The notes under the pieces were generated by a model that saw only the letters and a program-made list of their open reading frames with translations, was not told the DNA's origin and did no database searches. The position numbers and the translations under genes were made by a program. Below, in pieces: positions 52,673 to 64,000 of a stretch of DNA of 64,000 nt (its first letter is position 1; each line of letters begins with the position of its first letter). Location: positions 66,836,001-66,900,000 of the forward strand of contig OX597825.1 in the NCBI GenBank assembly GCA_951406725.2, given 5' to 3'. The stretch is from Octopus vulgaris (lineage: Eukaryota).

Positions 52673-53504
52673 AACATCAGCGGCAACCAAAGCAACGTTC
52701 AACTAGAAGAAATACAAACATTTCCGCTGATAGTGTATAAATATTAGGAGATGCGACGCACATGAGTAAACTCTAGTCTCTTCTCTCCTTCATTTTCATT
52801 GTTTTGTTCAGTTCATCCCTTTAAATTTTATTCCCCTTTCCCATTTTGTAGCTTGCCGTTATCATTTCCGTCTAGTTACCATCTTTTCTAATGCAGTCGA
52901 AATCAGGTTACTTCATATGGATGTCGTATAATGACATACAAATATAATTTCAGGGCCTCTTCGACGGCTTCCACTTCAAGCTTAATAAAGAAACACAGCC
53001 GTGAGAATGGCTGTCTTCATATGAATCACAGGTCTTCCCTGGGGCAGCTGTGATTCCGGTGGGATAGACACAACACTAAGCATATTTATACACTGGAAAT
53101 GAACGCAGATGGAGGCTTAGTATCGTAATGATTTCTTCACTATAAATCGTAAATGGTATAATTATCAATTAATCAGTTTTAATGCATCGTCGATAAAGTC
53201 ATCTCGGCTTTAGCAGAATACAACACCCAGAATAACACGACTATTCCATGCACCTCACATTGTTTTGACAGTTTTATGCCCCGTTATATCTTCTGTTACT
53301 CCTAATGAGCGTAAAAGATTGAATACGTTAATCCCTCTTTCTCTATGCTATTGTATACAGAAATCCTATTGCCAAAATATTTTAACTTCTTTATAATCAA
53401 AGAGTAATTTGCAACGAAGGTGGTCGGAAGCTCAGGGTCTACCAATCTAGGTTTAGGTTGGCGAAATGAATGAATACATGAATGACTAAGCATCGTAGGC
53501 CTCA

Positions 53505-53670
53505 GACTCAACAACCATGCTTCTCTACGTATTATGGTCTTGTGCTGCTATCGTATACTTTGCCACAACCCACTTCGTTGAGTCCTTAATGTCAGTGATC
53601 CATCTTCATGTTTGTCGCCCGTGATCTCGTTTCACGTCCACCCAGGCATAGATGATGCAGCTTGAGAAAC
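53505..53670 (-). mobile_element. RTE-clade LINE C-terminal fragment
   Basis: IYAWVDVKRDHGRQT*RWITDIKD..AAQDHNT*RSMV matches the RTE G.R.RGR...RW.D.I...A.DR..WR pattern. Confidence 0.6.
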
Positions 53671-53706
53671 TTTGGACCTTAATAACAGGATTAAAATAAT
53701 GCTCTC

Positions 53707-55110
53707 TTCACCGTCTGATCATCACCACCAACTTTTGGGATTTAAAAAATTACACTTTTACAAATACACTCGAAAACACTTAAGACAAAAACATCTGGCA
53801 GAAAACTCATAAAGAATATATAAACAAATGTACTTTAAAAAAAATAAAAAAAGGACTCATCAAAATGCTCCAAGAACGATATAAAAACTCCATTTTGCAA
53901 CCCGAGAACGCGATAGTACAGGAACTGAGCATAAAAAGAACGGATCATATCAACCAGTTGTAACTCATCTTTATATATAAAAGTGAAGTTGTGTGTCTGT
54001 CTCCTACGATTTAGATTCCTAACTACTCCCACATTTTGCGGTGCAGTGTAACAAAAAGCGGGTATCTTATAGTCGGGATTCATATAGAGCCCTTCTGGGT
54101 ATTAGCGCGCGTCTACGATGAGTCTACGATAAAAAAAATTACCATCATTTTTTCCCATTTTTAATGCATTTTTTGCTATTATATAAGGGAAGTAACTCTC
54201 TAAAAATGTATTATTAAATCTCAGAACGTAAAAAGCTACGGTAACACCCCCCTTTGTGGTTAGCCATATTGAGATGGCTATTATACTTTACATCTCTAAA
54301 GATGCTTATATAGTTATTTCCCTTACAAACCCGAGCATCGCCAGGTGATACTGCTAGTCAAATATAAAAAAAACATTAACGCTGATCTATATACAATTTG
54401 TATAGCACAACAATGGCTCCTCCAAGATTCTTAAAAAATAACATGAGAGTGCAAAAAAACCTTTTCCAGCATAAACCAACATGAGCGAATTGTGATGCAA
54501 GCGTTTCACAGGCGGTGACTACAACTGCATATGTTTACATCACTAAAATACAAAGAAAAACATTTAGTCTTTCACCGTTAGGTAAACTCTTACTTCGCCA
54601 AGTATTTAGATATGTAGAAAGTAAAGGCATACGGAATTAACAATCGGTGGTAGATTAAAGACCTTTTTTTCCTTTGTATTTTAGTGATATTAACAGATGC
54701 AGTTGTTGTTGCCGTCGGTTGTTGATTATGTTGGTTTATGTTGGATCTGTGTGTACCCTCGTGTTATTTTGCTGAATTTTTGAACCGTTGTGCTATCAAA
54801 TAAAATTTTATATAATTTTATATTGGATTTGTGTTAATATTCTCTTGCATTTGATTATCAATAACTGGTTGACAAATCCGTTGTATTTATGCTCGGTTTC
54901 TGCTTCAAAGAGTTGCAAAACTGGAGTTTTATTTCGGATTTGGAACACGATAACATTTGGAGAGTCCTTTTCTGAAGTAATTTTGTTTAGTTATATCTTC
55001 TTTATGAATTTTCAGCTAGATATTTTTGTCCTAGTTTTCCTTTTTTAAAATATATTTGTAGAAGTTGATTTTTATATTCCAAAACTTGGTGGTGGTAATC
55101 AGACAGCGAA
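53707..55110. mobile_element. Old palindromic foldback/MITE (about 500-bp arms) interrupted by a Helitron
   Basis: 53707-53965 plus 54359-54595 align with the reverse complement of 54620-55110. Confidence 0.75.
53968..54357 (+). mobile_element. Complete non-autonomous Helitron (390 bp)
   Basis: A|TC start, subterminal hairpin CCCGAGCATCGCCAGG, CTAG|T end, AT target site, absent from the opposite foldback arm. Confidence 0.88.
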
Positions 55111-55181
55111 CACTGCTTGGTTCAGTGGTATAAATATGGATGAAACATCAGGTTTCATGGTCATAACACATAGCCAGTCTT

Positions 55182-55507
55182 TTTTATTTTTTATTGTATT
55201 TATGCACCCTTTTCAAGCATAGCCAAGCTTATGGGCCCGGTTTCCCGGTATCTGTGACGTATGTGTTCCCCACAGCTGGACGAGACGCCAATCCATCGCA
55301 GCGTTACCCAAGAAACAGGAAGAAAGAGTGAGAGAAAATTGGGGCGAAAGAGTACAGTAGGGGGCGCCACCACCTCCTGCAAGAGCCTCGTGGAGTTTTA
55401 GGTGCTTTCGTTCAATAAACACATAAAACGCCCGGTCTGGGAATCGAAACCGCAACCCTCCGACTGCGAGTCCGATGCCCTAACCACTGGACCATTGCGC
55501 CTCCACG
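55182..55507 (-). mobile_element. Family A SINE (tail type 1)
   Basis: 11-bp TSD TAGCCAGTCTT. Confidence 0.88.
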
Positions 55508-55663
55508 TAGCCAGTCTTAGCGACAAAGAATATTGGTATAGAGATATCATAAAACTAGTGAAATCTCGAAAGGTAAAAATTGATTTGCATATAATTATGC
55601 TACAATTTACCATTAATTGATGTCTAGCGTTCTTGAAATTGGAACATGTTAAATAACTTAGAA

Positions 55664-55795
55664 TGTCAATATAACATGGCAGTCCTGGTTTAGGACGAAT
55701 GTTGTTGTAATGTAGCCGCAGCTGGAGACGATATCTCCTGGGGCTACATTACAGCAACATTCGTCCTAAACCAGGACTGCCATGTTATGTTGGCA
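55664..55795. repeat. 132-nt near-perfect hairpin
   Basis: 54-bp arms at 55664-55717 and 55742-55795, plus an inner GGAGA/TCTCC stem. Confidence 0.9.
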
Positions 55796-55838
55796 AACAA
55801 TCTTTGCTACAATGTTAAATGACGTATTCAAACCAGCT

Positions 55839-56227
55839 GGAAGCACTCCGTCGGTTACGACGACGAGGGTTCCGGTTGATCCGATCAACGAACAGCCTGC
55901 TCATGAAATTAACGTGTAAGTGGCTGAGCACTCCACAGACACGTGTACCCTTAACGCAGTTCTCGGGGATATTCAGCGTGACACAGAGAGTGACAAGGCC
56001 GGCCCTTTGATATACAGGCACAACAGAAACAGGAAGTAAGAGTGAGAGTGAGAGAAAGTTGTGGTGAAAGAGTACAGCAGGGTTCACCACCACCCCCTGC
56101 CGGAGCCTCGTGGAGCTTTTAGGTGTTTTCGCTCAATAAACACTCACAACGCCCGGTCTGGGAATCGAAACCGCGATCCTATGACCGCGAGTCCGCTGCC
56201 CTAACCACTGGGCCATTGCGCCTCCAC
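55839..56227 (-). mobile_element. Family A SINE (tail type 3), full length
   Basis: 12-bp TSD TTCAAACCAGCT. Confidence 0.9.
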
Positions 56228-56709
56228 TTCAAACCAGCTAATATCAAATTGGAAGCAGGAGAGGATGATAATCATTCTTCTGTATAGATACGACTTCAAG
56301 TTACCGATAACAAATTACAGGAAGCTTTGTTAAGTTCATGTGCGGATTTCATAGAATCATTGGCGTACTATGGGGTTATAGTAATGTGCTAAAGCTTCCT
56401 TGAAGAAAGGAAATCTTATACAAAACAGTTGTATCGTCTCGGGTAAAAATAAAAATGGTGGTACGGTGATTAGGTGTCATCGTTTTTCTCATCATTTATT
56501 TCATTCAGTCATGAGATTGCAGCCATGATGGGGCACCGCCTTTGAGAAGTTTTAGTTGAATGACTCGAATCCAGTATTATTTTTTGCTAAGCCTGGTACT
56601 TATGTAATCGGTCTATTTTGCCGACCTGCTAAGTTAAGGGGACATAAACAAGCTAACAACAGTTGAAAAGCATGAATACATACATACATACATACATACC
56701 TACATACAC

Positions 56710-56745
<36 letters not shown>

Positions 56746-57277
56746 AACGAGCTTATTTCATCTTCTACCAGGGCTACAGCGCAATGGGACTGAATCGAAG
56801 ACCATATGATTTTAGAAACTGGCTTTCTACACGGATTTTTTATAAATGAACATCCTCACCAGTAGGCATCGAACTCCTGATCCTCGTGTGACAGGCACGG
56901 ATACTTACCAATGTACTACCGTGGAAGGAAAAGATGTCTAAGGTGGCATTTGAACTCAGGACGCAAAACACTAGAACATATGCCGTTATCAACTCTGGCA
57001 GTTCACTGGCTTATATATATATGTATGCACCCCCCTACATACAGTCACACACACACACCCACACGCACGCACACACAGAAGGAAACACACACACGCACGA
57101 ACGCATACACATATACAATACACATAAACATGACTTAAAAATTACTATTTTAAAATTTTCGATACATACATATACATACAAACACACATGCACACACACT
57201 AACACACACACACACGCATGCACAGACATACATATACGCACCGATGCTTATATACTACATACACATATACACCTGTA

Positions 57278-57326
57278 TTACATACACACATACATACATA
57301 CATACATACATACATACGTACGTACG

Positions 57327-57360
<34 letters not shown>

Positions 57361-57618
57361 CATACGTACGTACGTACGTACATACATACATACATACATA
57401 TGTACATACATACATACATATATACATATATACATATATACATACATGCATACATACATACGTACATACATATATACATACATACATATATACATAAATA
57501 CATACATACATACATACATACATACATGCATACATACATATATACATACATACATACATACATACATACATACATACATACATACATACATACATACATA
57601 CATACATACATACATACA
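57278..57618. repeat. (TACA)n microsatellite
   Basis: Direct reading. Confidence 0.95.
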
Positions 57619-57981
57619 ACTGCCAGGAGAGATTGAAAATAATGTAAACAAACCGCTGCCGCCATCACTAAATTCTCGTTTCTCTCCAAATATAAATGAG
57701 TGGACAGTGACAACCGTGGTGTATATTCAACTAAGAAACATCTTGAAACCTGTGTCCGTAGAAAAATATTTTACCTTTACGAAATTATAAAACAACTCTT
57801 ACGTTGGAAGTTATCGACTTTGTCGCTGGAAAGCGATAGAATCATGTGATGTTTATTACTGGAATATTAATACCGCCATAAAACGCAGCTGCACTCACTC
57901 TTAAAGAATACTTAGGATAAATCTACATTATACATAGTAACCAAACTGCTAATGGATGTTGCATAGACAGAAAGCAAAACT

Positions 57982-58380
57982 TAGGCGCAGGAGTGGCTGT
58001 GTGGTAAGTAGCTTGCTTACGAACCACATGGCTCCGGGTTCAGTCCCACTGCGTGGCATCTTGGGCAAGTGTCTTCTGCTATAGCCTCGGGCCGACCAAA
58101 GCCTTGTGAGTGGATTTGGTAGACGGAAACTGAAAGAAGCCCGTCGTATATATGTATATATATATATATATATATGTGCGTGTGTGTATATATGTTTGTG
58201 TATCTGTGTTTGTCCCCCCAAAATCGCTTGACAACCGATGATGGTTCGGCAAAAGAGATCGATATAATAAGTACTAGGCTTACAAAGAATAAGTCCTGGG
58301 GTCGATTTGCTCGACTAAAAGGCAATGCTCCAGCATAGCCACAGTCAAATGACTGAAACAAGTAAAAAAGTAAAAGAGTA
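57982..58380 (+). mobile_element. Family B SINE
   Basis: Head through tail, with a small internal deletion. Confidence 0.88.
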
Positions 58381-59609
58381 ATCTACTCCGCCATATTATA
58401 TGGTTAACCATGATAATAAAATATAAGAAGAATAATGATTTCTTGCCTCAATTACATTTCATGAATAAATTAACAAAATTCTATGGTGACTGTTCACACC
58501 ACGCTCTTGAGGGAAAGTTAATTACTCTACAACTCAGGGCGCTGAGCGAAATATCTTTGCCACCGCAGACGAATTTCTGAACGATCCTGTATAAATCACA
58601 AATTTGCTTGTAACCTACAGACTATACAGAGAGATAAGAGAGGGAAAATATTACCGTTAAGAAAGACCCCACCGAAGAAGACCTTGAATCATTCTGGTTT
58701 AAAATGTGGAACAAAAAAGAGGGATTTCGATCTTAATGTATTGTGGATAAATGCATAAAGGGGAGAATACTCTACAAACATCGACAGTAAAACATGCAAT
58801 TAACCCGGAAAATTTCACTATAGCTGTAGGCAAACTGCATAACAGGGAAAGGATGTGGAGAGGACCTAATAGTTGGATACTGGTACAGGAGGCAGACATT
58901 TTACAAGGGAAAACAATGTGTATATTCAAAAGCAATATGGAAGCTCAGATTGAAACACCAGATTGGTTTGCTGAAGCACGGACAAATCGTGTAGCCAAGA
59001 ATAAAAACACTGATTGAAAGAAAGCTACAGGTCCATTGCTTGCCTAAACATTATGTACAAACTGTGCACAAGCTGTCTTATCCAATTTCTCCAGGCTCAT
59101 TGTAAGTCCAACAACATGGTGACTGTTAAGCAGGACAGTGGAAAGAAAGAGCGTGGGGGTGTGCCGAATAACTTTTGATAAACAAAGCTGCATTGAATGA
59201 GTTGAAAATCTGGTAGGAGCCTTGCTATAGTATAGCTTGAGTAAAGGAAGGCATTTGACTCTATTCCTCACTCATAGCTGCTGAAGCGTCTACATCTGAC
59301 AAAAATTACTATTATCTTAATTACTGGTATTCAGAGGCTTACAAAGACCCGGAAAACAATTCTAACACTCATATGAGAGAAAGGAACGAACGTGTCTGAC
59401 ATAGACTGGCATGTAGAGTTGCATTGTCATTGCCACTGCATATTCGATAGGAAGTAATACGAGAATGGAGCGGTGCGAACGATGTGGTCGCAGAATACTG
59501 AAAGAACAAATTCCGATGGGCCCAGCATGTTTCGAAGGTCAGAGTCAACGAGTGGACATTTCCAATTTCCGAGTAGTATATATGAGATCGAAAAAGACCA
59601 CTCAGAGTG

Positions 59610-59910
59610 TTTGTTCCTTCTCGAGCCATGTCTGGCTCATAAGGGCCGGTTTCCCGGTTTCCTTGGCGTAAAGGTTCCCCACCTGGACGGGACGCCGGTC
59701 CGTCGCAGGTGAGCTGCAAGATACAGGATGAAAGAGTGAGAGAAAGTTGTGGCGAAAGAGTCAGCAGAAGTTCGACATTACCTTCTGCCGGAGCCGCGTG
59801 GAGCTTAGGTGTTTCGCTCATAAACACACACATCGCCCGGTCTGAGATTCGAACCCACGATCCCTCGATCGCGAGTCCGCTGCTCTAACTACTAGGCCAT
59901 GTGCCTCCAC
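59610..59910 (-). mobile_element. Family A SINE (tail type 2), full length
   Basis: CAGAGTG on both flanks; matches the 13075 copy. Confidence 0.88.
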
Positions 59911-60324
59911 ACAGAGTGCCACCACGGAGGGAGGAAGATCATTTACTTTTAAGATTTTGATCAAAGTAGAAAAGAAAGGAGCTATCGAAAAAAAATGGAA
60001 GAGCATTGTAACCAGGGATGTGTAACAACATCCCATACTCTGGTCGATACAGTTATACAATAATATTGCATCATAAAGCACAAGAGATAAGCTCTTTATT
60101 TCTAAGAACAAAATGAAAAGACAGCGGAAAATTTGTACGTAGTTATTATGAACCCCACAAAACACGGGCTGAAATATATTTAATGATATTTTAATATAAG
60201 GAAATACTTTTATTCTTATGATGCAATCTTCCAAATAATTACATATGACATTTTCATTGTTTAGTAAGTCAAAGAAAATTTAGTCATGAAATACCTGACT
60301 GCTAAGATTTTAATGCCATGATCC

Positions 60325-60401
<77 letters not shown>

Positions 60402-60477
60402 GCTGTCTGTCTGTCTGTCTATCTATCTACCTATCTATCTATCTATCTATCTACCTATCTATCTATCTATCTATCTA

Positions 60478-60520
<43 letters not shown>

Positions 60521-60569
60521 ATCTATCTATCTATCTATCTCCGTATATCTATCTATATGTACATACACA

Positions 60570-60627
<58 letters not shown>

Positions 60628-61767
60628 CTTATAAATACATACACACACACACACATATATATATACATATATACACAAAGTATATTTTATGCGTTTAAAA
60701 CAGAAAGTTGATTGGAACCGATAATGTTATTTTCCATTTAATAATTAAATTGATTCTAAAAGAAAAGAAGAAAAAAAAAAAGAAAAGAGAAGAAAGTAAA
60801 ATAACGGATGAACGTTAAAAGGAAATTAAAACGTCTGATTTTCGATTAAAGTCAATAACTCCTTAGCTGAAATAATGATTAATTTGTGCAAATTTTTACC
60901 ATTATACGTATAAAAAGAAATCATTCATCAGTTTATTGAAGAAGTCGATATCACACTTGAGTTTAATTAGGTGATATGAAACTGCCATCCGATATACAAA
61001 AGATATACAACTACCACACATAGTAACACACTCTCACTATTTGCTTCCTCTTTTCTCTTTCTCTCTCTCTCTCTCTGCCAATCCATGTTTCCCTGTTTCT
61101 CTGGCACACACCTAAGTATCGCTGCATGTATGTTTGTATGTATTATGTATGTATGTTTGCATGAATTGTGTAGGAGCGTGTATGTGTGTGTATGTGTGTT
61201 AGAGAGAATGTGTATGTGTGTGAGAGAGAGAGGGAGAGACAGAGACAGACAGGCAGATAGACAGACAGACAGACTGACAGACAAAGAGTAATGAAGGGGA
61301 GCCAATCGGAACTGATTGATTAGTATTAAAATGTATATTGTTTGCTTTTCCGAAATGCAATTATATGGCTATTATCAATAAAATATATTCCCTGATGCAG
61401 GATTTATATATATATATAAACCACCTTAGAGAAGAAGAAGAAACGAAACGAAACGAAACGAATCGAATCGAATCGACGCGAGGGTGCTCAGTCATACAAT
61501 AGTGTAATAAATGAAATATATGCATACATACAAACATATATGTACGTACCTACATCTACATGTATATATACATGCATATATAAATATATATACGTGTGTA
61601 CAGGACACCACAAATAGACGTAGAACTCAACGAGAAACGAAAAAGTAAAAACAGCATGGAACGGACCATTTTTTTAACAACGAAAAAACAGAGTACAAGA
61701 CAACTACACAAGGAAAAATCCCCTTCATCAGCTGTCCCTAGTTCAACTCCAGCGTGTTTCGAAGGTG

Positions 61768-61799
<32 letters not shown>

Positions 61800-61822
61800 A
61801 TGTATGTATGTATGTATGTATG

Positions 61823-61930
<108 letters not shown>

Positions 61931-62005
61931 TATGTATGTATGTATACACACACACACATACACACACACACACACACACATATATATATTCACTTACATG
62001 TACAC

Positions 62006-62007
<2 letters not shown>

Positions 62008-62091
<84 letters not shown>

Positions 62092-62192
62092 AAGAAGAAG
62101 AAGAAGAAGAAGAAAAAGAAGAAGAAGAAGAAGAAGAAGAAGAAGAAGAAGAAGAAGAAGAAGAAGAAGAAGAAGAAGAAGAAGAAGAAGAA
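62008..62192. repeat. (AAT)n(AAG)n microsatellite
   Basis: Direct reading. Confidence 0.95.
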
Positions 62193-62671
62193 AATTCAAA
62201 ATGATTGTGGGAGAGACAGGTGTTAGTCTCAATCATAAAATTGGTTTGTGTAGATAGCAAAAAATGGATGACACTCGATCAGTAAGGTTTGGTAATTTCT
62301 TTGAAACCTATGTAATGCGCGCTTATCTAATCTGTTCCCTTTACTCCCTGATATATAAATATGCATTAATTGGCATACAACAGCTATTTATGATATTATC
62401 TGCCGTACATAGTAAATTTGAGAATACCTAACATTACATGAAGCAAACTGTCTGTTCAACAACAGATAGGTTTATGTAGGTATATATCCACAAATGTGTG
62501 CGTCTATATCTGTATATCTATCAAAATATATCTACCTACCTATCTCCATATTTACCAAGCTACCTACCTTGCTACCTACCTACCTACATACATACATACA
62601 TACACGCACACACAAACACACCTGCACACACACTCACATATATATACATACACACACACGCAAATATATAC

Positions 62672-62715
<44 letters not shown>

Positions 62716-64000
62716 GCGGTAGGGGTGCATGTATGTATGTCTGAATGTATGTATACTTCTATACATACATTGGTGATCGTTGGTGAGACAGGAACATCAA
62801 AGTCATGTTTGGTTGGAAAATCAAAGCTATACCTTTGGAGTTATCGGATTTACCCTTATCCCTGTGCAGCATAGAATGGTTTGTGTTATTGGAAGGTGAT
62901 TTCTCCCCTTTATTCGTTTCTATGTACCCCCTTACCAAAAATAAAATAAAGAAATAAATTGTGATTCGCTGAAAATATCTTTTGGAATTAAATCAAGTTT
63001 GATGGCGGAGATGTTTAGAGGATATTCTGAAAAGCGCGATAAGTGAGACTTCGGTATTCATAAGTTGTGAAGATATTGTAAATTAATAGAATGGTTAACG
63101 ATATGAAGATGTTCCGCTGCACATGCCTACGTTGGATGTGATCACAGATTGGGTTATAAGTCTGAAGCAGCAACGTACAAGACCAGACAGAGTACGACTC
63201 TGGGCAGGTTGCTAAAATGGAAAACCAGCTTACATTATCCAACTATAGGCGAGTCGGTTTGTGATGACTGTAAGAGACAAAGCGGGAGGAGCAACCGATA
63301 GTTAGAAAGAGTGTGTGTGTGAGAGTGAGAGAGTGAGAGTACTATGCATCTTAAAAAGTCGAACTTGAGGATTTTATTCCTTCTTTTTTTCTGCAATCAT
63401 GAGTTTGGTTATCATCAAAACTAATTTATATACACCTTGAATACCGAGTCCTGTTTGAAACACTTGGGCTATATTCTGAATTAAAGAAATTTATGTGCTA
63501 AATTTTCCAGACAATTGCTTCATGAAATAACAAACTAGAGGACGGTAAGCCAGGAAATAATGAAGAAAAAGAAGAAGACGAGAACGACAAAGTTCAAGTG
63601 AAGTAATGGCGGAAAAAGCTATATTAAACCAGTGCAAGAGATATCCTTTGTTGCAATAAAATGGACAAGGAAGCAAGAAAATGCATATGAATGCGTGTGA
63701 ATAGACTTAGTGAATTTCAAGTAGAAGTACCGAGAAGAATAAAAATAGAATTCTTCGCAGAAGTTTGTTACAAAAACGCAGAGACAAATAATGTGGGGTC
63801 AGATAGGAAGAAAGAGATTTGGTGAAACGGGACAATTTGCATCTGAAGAAACAGAGGAAAGGGAGAAGAAAATATAAAATGAAAATGGAGTGGAAAAGGA
63901 AAAGGTATCGTTGGACGAAATCGAAGAAAAGCGAAGGATGAAAAATGAATTCAAAAGAATACAAATAGAAAAGAAAATAGAACTAAACAAGCTGGTTTAC

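Noticed and set aside
59000-59280. Possible LINE C-terminal remnant on the minus strand
   Set aside because: Only a faint resemblance (LLKLYY, HTPT); not supportable without a search.
63015-63242. Possible LINE remnant (SYSVWS..HIQRR)
   Set aside because: Weak similarity to the EY.S.VWSP..QRR pattern; insufficient evidence.
63511-63544. Plus-strand AG..GTAAG mini-exon
   Set aside because: 34 nt with stops in all three frames and no supporting neighbouring exon.

Overview
AT-rich, microsatellite-saturated eukaryotic non-coding DNA (intergenic or a large intron). The tRNA-Arg-headed SINEs, Meta-domain SINEs and the TA/TACA/AAT satellite load suggest an Octopus/cephalopod genome; this is inference, not verified. 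I found no convincing host protein-coding gene, and nearly all ORF-track entries are microsatellite or SINE translations. Recognisable content: (1) a near-intact R4/Dong-type restriction-endonuclease LINE in an (AAT)n tract; (2) a full-length but inactivated DD34D mariner, plus further mariner, maT-like and hAT remnants; (3) several Helitron pieces; (4) CR1/L2 and RTE LINE 3' ends; (5) more than 25 SINE copies from at least four families, many with target-site duplications (TSDs); (6) MITEs and long foldback structures. Most notable: a roughly 317-bp tandem duplication in which each unit carries a minimal type I hammerhead ribozyme (retrozyme-like layout), other hammerhead-bearing repeat families, a LINE/SINE pair sharing a covarying 3' stem-loop, tail-swapped SINE subfamilies, and two kb-scale inverted-repeat structures. 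All alignments and folds were done by eye, so boundaries of degenerate elements are approximate.
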